Positions 16,454-24,115 of a stretch of 49,155 nt of DNA are shown here, piece after piece. The notes under the pieces are model-generated. The model was given only the letters and a program-made list of their open reading frames with translations, had not been told where the DNA came from and did not search any database. The stretch is from the IMG/VR virus record IMGVR_UViG_647533161_000005. One strand, given 5' to 3'. The translations under genes and the position numbers were made by a program. Within the stretch, counting starts at the first letter, position 1; every line of letters begins with the position of its first letter. The stretch is from a virus (Duplodnaviria > Heunggongvirae > Uroviricota > Caudoviricetes).

Positions 16454-16822
16454 ATGACCGAACGCATAGAATTTGTTTTGCCTTACTCGCCGACGGTGAA
16501 CACTTACTGGCGACGCCGTGGCAGCACATATTTTGTATCAAAAGCCGGGGAGCGTTATCGCCGGGCAGTGGCGCTTATTGTTCGCCAGCAGCGACTGAAA
16601 TTAAGCCTGTCCGGACGGCTGGCAATAAAAATTATTGCAGAGCCACCGGATAAGCGTCGTCGTGACCTGGACAATATTCTGAAAGCACCACTGGATGCGC
16701 TGACGCACGCGGGGTTGTTAATGGACGATGAGCAGTTTGATGAAATCAATATTGTACGTGGCCAGCCAGTATCTGGTGGACGGCTGGAGATAAGAATTAC
16801 AGAGGTGGGTGTGCATGAATAA
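16454..16822 (+). CDS. rusA: RusA-family Holliday junction resolvase
   Basis: 122-aa ORF with PDKRRRDLDNILKAPLDALTHAGLLMDDEQ and GGRLEIRITE motifs, matching RusA. Confidence 0.85.
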   Translation: MTERIEFVLPYSPTVNTYWRRRGSTYFVSKAGERYRRAVALIVRQQRLKLSLSGRLAIKIIAEPPDKRRRDLDNILKAPLDALTHAGLLMDDEQFDEINIVRGQPVSGGRLEIRITEVGVHE

Positions 16823-17504
16823 CCAGTATTTACAGTTTGTTCGTGAGCAACTCATGATTGCCACTGCAGATCTCAGTGGGTCGACAAAATGCCAGCTGGA
16901 AGCCTGGCAGGAAAATGCCCTGTTCGATACAGGGCGTTACAGACGCAAAAAAATTCGTTACCGCGATGAGGTAACCGGAAAAATGATCACGCGGGATAAT
17001 CCCCCGATCCAGGGTAAACAATCACTGGCGAAAGGCTCATCAATTGCGCTGGTCAGTCCTGTTGAGTTTGCAACATCATCGTGGCGGCGTGCTGTTCTGG
17101 AACTGGAAGAACATCAGAAGGCGTGGTTGTTGTGGTGTTATGGCGGAAACATTTGCTGGGAGCATCAGATCGCGATAACGCAGTGGGGGTGGAGTGAATT
17201 TAAAACTCAGTCCGGCTCCAGAAAAATTGCAGTGAAAACGCTGGAGCGTGTGAAGAAGTTGATCTGGCTGGCGGCACAGGATGTCAGAGGATGGGTTACC
17301 GGGTGTGAGGTCTACCAGAGACAGGAGCTTGCCAGACTGTGTGGAGTTAAGCCTGATAACTGGAGCCATAATTATGCGAACTACTGGCGTGAGATGTGCG
17401 ATATTTTTAAGCGCCTCGATAGAGAATCCTTGATTTGCTCCGTGAAAATAAGAGCGCAACAAAAAGCGACCTTTTCACGACGAGATATTGCAAAAGTCAA
17501 TTAA
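16815..17504 (+). CDS. Late-gene antiterminator Q family protein
   Basis: Position directly upstream of a tR'-like terminator and the lysis cassette, and overall resemblance to Q-type antiterminators of Qin/DLP12-like prophages. ATG at 16815 overlaps the rusA stop. Confidence 0.7.
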   Translation: MNNQYLQFVREQLMIATADLSGSTKCQLEAWQENALFDTGRYRRKKIRYRDEVTGKMITRDNPPIQGKQSLAKGSSIALVSPVEFATSSWRRAVLELEEHQKAWLLWCYGGNICWEHQIAITQWGWSEFKTQSGSRKIAVKTLERVKKLIWLAAQDVRGWVTGCEVYQRQELARLCGVKPDNWSHNYANYWREMCDIFKRLDRESLICSVKIRAQQKATFSRRDIAKVN

Positions 17505-17593
17505 ATCGCGTATGTTTCGTATAAATCTGATATTTTGCCGATTTTGTACGTGATGGCAAAGTAAGAAAAAACCACCGCCAGGTGGTTTTTTTT
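17505..17593 (+). promoter_or_regulatory. Putative late promoter (PR'-like) region with tR'-like intrinsic terminator (17569..17593)
   Basis: Intergenic region after Q with TATAAAT and TTGCCG elements and the hairpin accacc-gcca-ggtggt followed by T8. Confidence 0.5.
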
Positions 17594-17716
17594 ATGTCCG
17601 AAAATCGCGTCAGTACAGTAAACGCGCTGGTGGTTGCGAATACGGGTCTTTCAGCTTGCCGGCTTTTTCGACAAGAGTTATTGGTATGTCACGTTAACCG
17701 GAAAAGGGAAAAAGAC

Positions 17717-17914
17717 ATGCTAAAACAGCAGGATATGACAGAAGCCGCCAGAGTGGTGTTTAATGAATTAAGCGTTACCGACCCGGCGACAGTCAGGGAG
17801 ATTGCACAGAATACTTACCTTTCACGCGAACGCTGCCAGTTAATACTGACCCAGCTTGTTATGGCGGGTCTGGCAGACTATCAGTTTGGTTGTTACAGAC
17901 ACCTTCAGTCCTGA
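17717..17914 (+). CDS. Small hypothetical protein, possibly DNA-binding
   Basis: 65-aa ORF MLKQQDMTEAARVVFNELSVTDPATVREIAQNTYLSRERCQLILTQLVMAGLADYQ... with AAGGGA upstream, followed by its own terminator. Confidence 0.45.
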   Translation: MLKQQDMTEAARVVFNELSVTDPATVREIAQNTYLSRERCQLILTQLVMAGLADYQFGCYRHLQS

Positions 17915-17927
17915 AGGCTTTTTTATT
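17902..17927 (+). terminator. Rho-independent terminator
   Basis: Hairpin ccttcag-tc-ctgaagg followed by cttttttattt. Confidence 0.6.
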
Positions 17928-18228
17928 TGTGGTAAATGGGCGGCTGGTGGGTGTGGTGGTTGTTGCTTTCCCGTTGCTGAAAAAGAAAACGCCAGACTGT
18001 TAGCCGGGTATCAGTTAGCGGGAGAAATTTTTAAATACTTCACAATTCAGGCGGTTGACTGTTGTCTGGTTTGCGGGGAGTTTGTTAAAAGAAACTGGCA
18101 TGGTGAATCCCCCTGTGCGGAGGGGCAATCAGCGAGTAGGTATATGGGATAATCGCGGATTCAGGTGCTGGTACTGAATTCACCGGGAGGCACCCGGCAC
18201 CATGCAATGGCACATAGCGCCACTCTCC

Positions 18229-18255
18229 AGCCCCTCTCCGGAGGGGCTGTTTATA
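18229..18255. terminator. Hairpin terminator downstream of the minus-strand gene 18284..18619
   Basis: Hairpin agcccctc-tccg-gaggggct. Confidence 0.5.
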
Positions 18256-18283
18256 TTGATTTTGTCAGATGTGAGTAAACTCC

Positions 18284-18619
18284 TTATGGACTTTGTTGTT
18301 TTAGCCCATAAGGACATATTTGCAGAGTGCAACGGTTATTAAAGCATTCATTCAATACGTTATCTGTATTTGTAGGGCATTCCTGGCTGTTTTTGATTAA
18401 ATTCCAGAATGTTTTATTGAATGGTACTACGTTGTAAATGGTTACAGGTAGCACTTTGTTATTGAGCATGATACCTGTGTGAGTCAGTGTAAATATACTT
18501 TCAGGAGGTAAGAAAGCATCCGATTGATACCAGATTATTAATTTTATTTTACTCCATATGACTGAAAAAGATATTCCGCATGATGGCTGGATAACTGTAT
18601 CAATCACAATCCACTTCAT
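18284..18619 (-). CDS. Hypothetical protein encoded antisense to the late operon in an AT-rich island
   Basis: 111-aa ORF with hydrophobic N-terminus ([30 protein letters not shown]), an AT-rich upstream region (18620..18860) and a hairpin just past its stop. Confidence 0.5.
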   Translation of the reverse strand: MKWIVIDTVIQPSCGISFSVIWSKIKLIIWYQSDAFLPPESIFTLTHTGIMLNNKVLPVTIYNVVPFNKTFWNLIKNSQECPTNTDNVLNECFNNRCTLQICPYGLKQQSP

Positions 18620-18879
18620 TTAGTTTCCTTGTTTATGCCTTGCTGGTGATGTTCTGAAAAGTATAAATGATATTTTTGATTGTAAACCATAGAGCAGAAT
18701 TATTTTTCTGATGTTGTTTATTGTTTATTTAAATGCAGGGTGGTTTATATCTCGTCTTGTAGTTTATCCATGCATATCTGCTTGATGATGAGGTTTTTAT
18801 TTAAGGTATGGTTTTGTGTTTTTTCTGTATTACATGTCAGGTATTTTAAAGAATCATTTTTCAGATGGTGGAAAGAACC

Positions 18880-19068
18880 ATGGCATTTAAACACTATGAT
18901 GTTGTCAGGGCGGCGTCGCCGTCAGATCTTGCGGAAAAGCTGACACATAAACTGAAAGAGGGCTGGCAGCCGTTTGGTAGTCCGGTGGCCATAACCCCTT
19001 ATACCCTGATGCAGGCGATTGCAGCAGAAGGTGATGTGGTGGTCAGTGGTGCAACTGAGCCGGAGTGA
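18880..19068 (+). CDS. DUF1737-like small protein commonly found upstream of holins
   Basis: MAFKHYDVVRAASPSDLAEKLTHKLKEGWQPFGSPVAI... is typical of this family. Confidence 0.65.
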   Translation: MAFKHYDVVRAASPSDLAEKLTHKLKEGWQPFGSPVAITPYTLMQAIAAEGDVVVSGATEPE

Positions 19069-19375
19069 TACTACGTCATCGTACTGGCCCGGCATTCCAG
19101 GCCATAAAAGACGGTCTGGCAGTGGGACTAAATGCACTGACGCTGACGGATATTACCAAAAATGCAACGTATGGCGTTGAGATAGAAAGTCTGGTGCTGG
19201 AGATAAATGCACCGGCATCATCATAAAAAGTGAGCCAGTCAAATGGAAGGTATCGTTAAACTCACCGGTAGTGTCAGTGGGTCGTCTGAGACGCCTGCAT
19301 GAGTTATCAGAGCCATCAGTACTTAACTGGTGGCTTTTTTATTGTTGTCAGCTTCCGGATAACGGGAGACGGGGT

Positions 19376-19591
19376 ATGTACCAGATGGAAAAAATCACAA
19401 CAGGTGTGTCATACACCACGTCAGCGGTGGGAACGGGCTACTGGTTCCTGCAGTTGCTGGACAGGGTTTCCCCGTCTCAGTGGGCGGCAATAGGCGTGCT
19501 GGGGAGTCTGCTGTTTGGGCTGCTGACATATCTGACTAACCTGTATTTCAAAATCAAAGAGGACCGGCGTAAGGCGGCGCGGGGAGAGTAA
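19376..19591 (+). CDS. S: Class II holin, phage 21 S-like (pinholin) with dual-start motif
   Basis: [71 protein letters not shown] resembles S21 as I recall it; Met1 and Met4 give 71/68-aa forms. Confidence 0.85.
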   Translation: MYQMEKITTGVSYTTSAVGTGYWFLQLLDRVSPSQWAAIGVLGSLLFGLLTYLTNLYFKIKEDRRKAARGE

Positions 19592-19595
19592 AGTG

Positions 19596-20486
19596 ATGAA
19601 TAAAAAATATGAACTGGTTGTTAAGGGGATAAATAATTACGGGGATAAGGTTACTGTTACTGTGAAGTCGGAAGGTGACGGGCAAGCGTCGCTGTTGTTG
19701 CCAGATGTGGCGATTAGTCTTGACCGTACTGAAGGTGCCACGCTGGAGTTTTACGAAGCTGAGGCGAAAAAGCAGGCGAAGCAGTTTTTCATGGATGTTG
19801 CTGCCGGGTTATGTGAATGGAACGAACCGTTGCCGGAAAAGCGCCCCGTAATTTTAGAGGCGCAGGATGTGTTGATAACCTACAAAGGAAAGCTACCGGG
19901 AAGAATTACTTGTTCTCTGAAGATGCCGCCGTCAACACTGCGGTCAGAAAAAGATGATGTTGAATCACGTATTGAAAAACTGGAGAGCTACGTCGTTGAG
20001 CTGAATAAGAAATGGTCGATATTGGTGCCTTCTGGCGATGAAAAGCAGTTTGCTGCGTTTGACGATTATTGTCGGAAAGTGATGAGCAGAAATCTCGCAG
20101 AGTGTTTCAGTATTCATAATGATAATTTCAGTGACCCGGAATGGGAGTGTAACCGGCCATCCTTTGTTGTATCCGGTGATGCTGGGAAAATAACCATCTC
20201 AGAAAATGGGAAAGTAACACCTCCATCGCACCAGCACAGTGAGGAGCTCATTGAATTTGCCATTGATTACCTGAAGAACAATAAAAAGCAGGGGCTGATG
20301 AAGCGCGTTGGCCGTTGCATGGGATATCTTCAGGTAGCCGCTGAGATTGAAGCGCTGGCCAGTGGTGCTGATAAGGATGCAATTGTGCGGGAGGCTCTTC
20401 TTCGTGATTTTAATACTCCACCCTTTAAAAAAGGGCCGGCTTACTGGCTTCATCCGGGGCTGACTTATCTTAAAGTGCGTATTTAG
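19596..20486 (+). CDS. Hypothetical protein inserted between holin and endolysin
   Basis: 296-aa ORF with GGGGAGAG upstream of the ATG; visibly lower GC than its neighbours; no recognisable family. Confidence 0.65.
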   Translation: MNKKYELVVKGINNYGDKVTVTVKSEGDGQASLLLPDVAISLDRTEGATLEFYEAEAKKQAKQFFMDVAAGLCEWNEPLPEKRPVILEAQDVLITYKGKLPGRITCSLKMPPSTLRSEKDDVESRIEKLESYVVELNKKWSILVPSGDEKQFAAFDDYCRKVMSRNLAECFSIHNDNFSDPEWECNRPSFVVSGDAGKITISENGKVTPPSHQHSEELIEFAIDYLKNNKKQGLMKRVGRCMGYLQVAAEIEALASGADKDAIVREALLRDFNTPPFKKGPAYWLHPGLTYLKVRI

Positions 20487-20522
20487 TGGGCCAGGGACAG
20501 CGGCTGAATATTTAATATATCC

Positions 20523-21056
20523 ATGAACACCAAAATCAAATACGGCCTGTCGGCTGCCGTTCTGGCGCTGATTGCCGCTGGTGCGCCTGCGCCTGACATT
20601 CTCGACCAGTTTCTGGATGAAAAGGAAGGCAACCACACCACGGCATACCGTGATGGTGCAGGTATCTGGACCATCTGCCGTGGTGCCATCATGGTGGATG
20701 GCAAACCTGTCGTTCCGGGCATGAAGTTGTCGAAGGAAAAATGCGACCAGGTTAACGCCATTGAGCGTGATAAAGCGCTGGCGTGGGTGGAGAAAAACAT
20801 CAGAGTGCCGCTGACCGAACCCCAGAAAGCGGGGATCGCGTCATTCTGTCCGTACAACATTGGTCCCGGTAAGTGTTTCCCGTCGACGTTTTACAGACGA
20901 ATTAATGCTGGTGATCGAAAAGGTGCCTGCGAAGCGATTCGCTGGTGGATTAAGGACGGTGGCAGAGACTGCCGTATTCGTTCAAACAACTGTTACGGTC
21001 AGGTATCCCGTCGTGACCAGGAGAGCGCGCTGGCGTGCTGGGGTATCGACAGATAA
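20523..21056 (+). CDS. R: SAR endolysin (phage 21 R-like lysozyme)
   Basis: N-terminal signal-anchor-release segment (LSAAVLALIAAGAPA) followed by a lysozyme region with the E...D...T-like catalytic region (EGNHTTAYRDGAGIWTICRG), similar to R21. Confidence 0.85.
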   Translation: MNTKIKYGLSAAVLALIAAGAPAPDILDQFLDEKEGNHTTAYRDGAGIWTICRGAIMVDGKPVVPGMKLSKEKCDQVNAIERDKALAWVEKNIRVPLTEPQKAGIASFCPYNIGPGKCFPSTFYRRINAGDRKGACEAIRWWIKDGGRDCRIRSNNCYGQVSRRDQESALACWGIDR

Positions 21057-21212
21057 GCAGAATATTTTGCTGAAAAATGAGGAATGGCCACGCGGGCGGA
21101 TAACACGAAATCCTGCGAACTGGCGAAACGTAAGTGAATAAAAGTAAAAACCCCGTTTGTTGGCACCAAGCGAGGTTTTGTGTTTCTGACCTTGAGTAAG
21201 GCAAGGGAGAAC

Positions 21213-21395
21213 ATGGCGAAGTGTAAACGAATTCTGTTGAGGTTGACTATGAAAAATGGCCTTGAACTGAAAGCGCCTGTAACTGATGACATCAGCAGAG
21301 CACTGGCTTTTGCCATTAAGTGGGTGGCGGTCGGTGTTGCTGTGTCCCCGATGCTGTATGGGCTGGCAAAACTGGTCATTGCGTTGAAATCGTGA
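21213..21395 (+). CDS. Small membrane protein
   Basis: 60-aa ORF with AAGGGAGA upstream and a hydrophobic C-terminal half. Confidence 0.4.
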   Translation: MAKCKRILLRLTMKNGLELKAPVTDDISRALAFAIKWVAVGVAVSPMLYGLAKLVIALKS

Positions 21396-21409
21396 AGGGA
21401 GGATTAAGC

Positions 21410-21541
21410 ATGTCAGACAAACTCATAACGCTGGCGAAGATCCTCTGTGTAATTGTCGGCATTTCATTTTCACTAATGCTGGTTGCTCTTTTTCTTTCCA
21501 TGGCCTGGATGATGTTGTCTTCGTCGGGGTTGCTGGGGTGA
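21410..21541 (+). CDS. Small membrane protein
   Basis: 43-aa [46 protein letters not shown] with a strong AAGGGAGGA 7 nt upstream. Confidence 0.5.
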   Translation: MSDKLITLAKILCVIVGISFSLMLVALFLSMAWMMLSSSGLLG

Positions 21542-22011
21542 ACATAAACCGAATGCTTTCCGCGTTTATCGTTATTCTGCTGGTGGCCTGTGGTGCGCTG
21601 TGGATGGCAACAGACCATTACCGTGATAACGCGATTACCTACAAAGCGCAGCGCGATAACAAAGCCAGTGAACTGAAGCTGGCGAACGCAACCATTACTG
21701 ATATGCAGGTGCGCCAGCGCGATGTTGCTGCGCTCGATGCAAAATACTCGAGGGAATTAGCCGATGCGAGAGCTGAAAATGAAACTCTTCGCGCTGACGT
21801 TGCCGCTGGTCGTAAGCGCCTGCGGATCAACGCCACCTGTCCAGGCTCCGTGCGTGAAGCCCCCACCACCTCCGGCGTGGATAATGCAACCGGCCCCCAA
21901 CTGGCAGACACCGTTACACGGGATTATTTCACCCTCAGAGAGCGGCTGATGACGATGCACAAGCAACTGGAAGGGGCACAGGACTATATCCGCACTCAGT
22001 GCCTGAAATAA
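21538..22011 (+). CDS. Rz: Rz i-spanin
   Basis: Matches lambda Rz as I recall it ([14 protein letters not shown]...[23 protein letters not shown]...[17 protein letters not shown]). Start is either GTG 21538 or ATG 21553. Confidence 0.85.
   Translation: MNINRMLSAFIVILLVACGALWMATDHYRDNAITYKAQRDNKASELKLANATITDMQVRQRDVAALDAKYSRELADARAENETLRADVAAGRKRLRINATCPGSVREAPTTSGVDNATGPQLADTVTRDYFTLRERLMTMHKQLEGAQDYIRTQCLK
21764..21949 (+). CDS. Rz1: Rz1 o-spanin lipoprotein, embedded in the +1 frame of Rz
   Basis: [10 protein letters not shown]...[30 protein letters not shown] matches lambda Rz1. Confidence 0.85.
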   Translation: MRELKMKLFALTLPLVVSACGSTPPVQAPCVKPPPPPAWIMQPAPNWQTPLHGIISPSESG

Positions 22012-22321
22012 GTTTTGTTGATGCGCCGTATCGTCGCTATATTCCCTCATTAACAGAGACCGCAGCCCGACAGGGAGACTCCTCTGCGCGAGTGTGCGGG
22101 GATAATTAAAAACGATGCACACCGGGTTTTTACCGCGTTAATGATTCGCGGGTTTATCCCGGTGCGATGGTGGAAGAAACAGGAAGCTGTATTACAGAAA
22201 GTGCTACTACTGTATCCCGATGCGATGTATGTAATGTGAGTCAGATAATGGCACAGGATGTGGTGATGTGGCAGTCTGGAACACAGGATATATTGTCAGA
22301 ATAAGACCCGTAGGAATAAAA

Positions 22322-22648
22322 ATGAAAAGACGCCTTTTACTACTTTTTCTGTTATCTGTCCTGGCAGTGGGATGCTCGCAGCAAAAAGCTGATGAGCCCC
22401 GGCAATTAGTGACGGTGTATCCACGATATCCGGAATATGCTGCAGCAAATTATATCAAGGGGCTGGTTGAGGTTAAGTTCGATATTGGTGCTGATGGGAC
22501 TGTGACACGGATCGTTTTTCTCCGCTCAGAGCCTCATAATTTGTTTCGTGATGAAGTGGTGAAGGCCATGGCGAAATGGCGATTTGAAAAGAATCGCCCC
22601 TGTCAGGGAGTGAAGAGACAATTTATCTTTACGCCGTCACGTCCTTGA
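22322..22648 (+). CDS. Lipoprotein with TonB C-terminal-like region
   Basis: MKRRLLLLFLLSVLAVGCSQ has a lipobox; the body has a TonB-C-like pattern (YPRYPEYAAANYIKGLVEVKFDIGADGTVTRIV...AMAKWRF). Confidence 0.6.
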   Translation: MKRRLLLLFLLSVLAVGCSQQKADEPRQLVTVYPRYPEYAAANYIKGLVEVKFDIGADGTVTRIVFLRSEPHNLFRDEVVKAMAKWRFEKNRPCQGVKRQFIFTPSRP

Positions 22649-22770
22649 TGCTTCCAGGTAGAGAGGGGCTGGACGCAGGAGAAAAATGAAAGAGCCAGCG
22701 GTTATATTTTTGTCATGGCTGACGAGGAATGATGGAAGAAGGCGTTGTATGCCACACAACGCCTCACTGT

Positions 22771-23124
22771 TCATTTCTTCTTTTTCTCTGGTGGAACCCG
22801 ATGAATAAGAGTTGCACTGGTTTCCGATGAGATGGCGATATACTCGGGCAAAGTATGCTGGCAGTTTTCCAACTGGTCAAAAATACCTGCTCTCGTCTGT
22901 TGCAATGCCTGCAGCATGCGGCGGCAATGCGCCTTGCTTTTACTAACCATCTTTCCTTCCTCTATCAGTCGCTGCGTGAACTCATCATGTAATACCAGGT
23001 AAATGCGGATGTTATCGGTTTTGGCTACGCAGCATAGTACAAAACGGACAGGTGCATCCCGGGACGGGGGAGGCGTCACATGTCCCTGTGATGGTTGTTC
23101 CGGGTAATGCACTGTGTGGGGCAT
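22771..23124 (-). CDS. Hypothetical protein (uncertain; overlaps the next ORF)
   Basis: 117-aa ORF on the minus strand between the lysis cassette and cos; no family assignment. Confidence 0.3.
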   Translation of the reverse strand: MPHTVHYPEQPSQGHVTPPPSRDAPVRFVLCCVAKTDNIRIYLVLHDEFTQRLIEEGKMVSKSKAHCRRMLQALQQTRAGIFDQLENCQHTLPEYIAISSETSATLIHRVPPEKKKK

Positions 23125-23263
23125 AAAAATGTCCGATAATTTTACTTTCTACCGCAGTTAGTTGATTCGTTGGTCCTGGTAGCACATTGGGCGAGGATTT
23201 AAATGCCAGGCAACTGAAGGATGATGTTGCAAGGGAGATAGCGAGAATATTTCTGATTTTCAT
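23012..23263 (-). CDS. Small secreted cysteine-rich protein (uncertain; may be part of one frameshifted gene with 22771..23124)
   Basis: MKIRNILAISLATSSFSCLA signal peptide, five Cys downstream, GAGG upstream of the ATG. Confidence 0.35.
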   Translation of the reverse strand: MKIRNILAISLATSSFSCLAFKSSPNVLPGPTNQLTAVESKIIGHFYAPHSALPGTTITGTCDASPVPGCTCPFCTMLRSQNR

Positions 23264-23411
23264 TTGATGATGCCTCTGTGTGAAATGACGGTAAACGACG
23301 CACTTGTGCCGGCACATAATAGCAAGCACCATAATAGATCAGATTCGATTCTTGCTGTAAGTGATAATTATTCTCGTTTTCGGGTCCTTTCCGTCGATCC
23401 AACAGGTTACG

Positions 23412-23423
23412 GGGCGGCGACCT
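23412..23423. other. cosN cohesive-end site
   Basis: GGGCGGCGACCT followed by CGCGGGTTTTCGCTATTTATGAAAATTTTCCGG, matching the lambda left end as I recall it. Confidence 0.8.
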
Positions 23424-23605
23424 CGCGGGTTTTCGCTATTTATGAAAATTTTCCGGGAACCATGTCCGGTTTCTCTTCAAGTTAACTATATGAAAAATAA
23501 AAAAGAGGTCTTCTGTGAACCGGACATGCACAAAAAATAGACATGTAAGCCGGACATGACCGGTTTTGTTGTGATTGTGAAGTGAGAGTTTTTGCGAGGT
23601 GAGGA
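23424..23605. promoter_or_regulatory. cosB-like terminase-binding region
   Basis: Three CCGGACATG-core repeats (23461-23469 inverted, 23510-23518, 23540-23548) between cosN and the small terminase start. Confidence 0.6.
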
Positions 23606-24115
23606 GTGGCTACGCAGACTGAAGTTGCCAGGCATTTAAGTCTGACCGATCGCCAGCTTCGCAGATTGCAGAAATTGCCGGGTGCCCCGATATCGAATAA
23701 GCGAGGGCAACTGGATCTGGATGCCTGGCGCGATTTTTACATATCGTATCTGAGAAGAAGTAAAAACGATGTGCCTGATGGCGATAGCGAAGACGACTAT
23801 GAGGAGAAATTGCTTATTGCCAGATGGGAACTGACAGCAGAACAGGCTGTTACACAGCAGTTAAAAAATGAGGTGTCAAAAGGAAAACTTATTGATACCG
23901 GGTTCTGTATTTTTGCCCTCAGCAAGCTGGCAATGGCGTTATCCAGTACGCTTGATTCCATCCCTTTATCCATGCAGCGACAGTTTCCTGATTTAACACC
24001 GCGCCATCTTGACCATCTGAAAACCCTTATTGCGAAGGGGGCAAATCAGTGTGCGCGGGCGGGGGATAAATTACCGGATTTACTCGATGAATATATCAGA
24101 GCAACAACTGAATAA
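23606..24115 (+). CDS. nu1: Terminase small subunit (Nu1-like)
   Basis: ..FCIFALSKLAMALSSTLDSIPLSMQRQFPDLTPRHLDHLK.. matches lambda Nu1; GTG start after GAGGTGAGGAG. Confidence 0.85.
   Translation: MATQTEVARHLSLTDRQLRRLQKLPGAPISNKRGQLDLDAWRDFYISYLRRSKNDVPDGDSEDDYEEKLLIARWELTAEQAVTQQLKNEVSKGKLIDTGFCIFALSKLAMALSSTLDSIPLSMQRQFPDLTPRHLDHLKTLIAKGANQCARAGDKLPDLLDEYIRATTE

Noticed and set aside
17936-17980. Tiny ORF encoding MGGWWVWWLLLSRC just downstream of the 17902..17927 terminator
   Set aside because: Reminiscent of type I toxin peptides, but it is only 14 codons with no RBS and no supporting antisense structure; too speculative to call.
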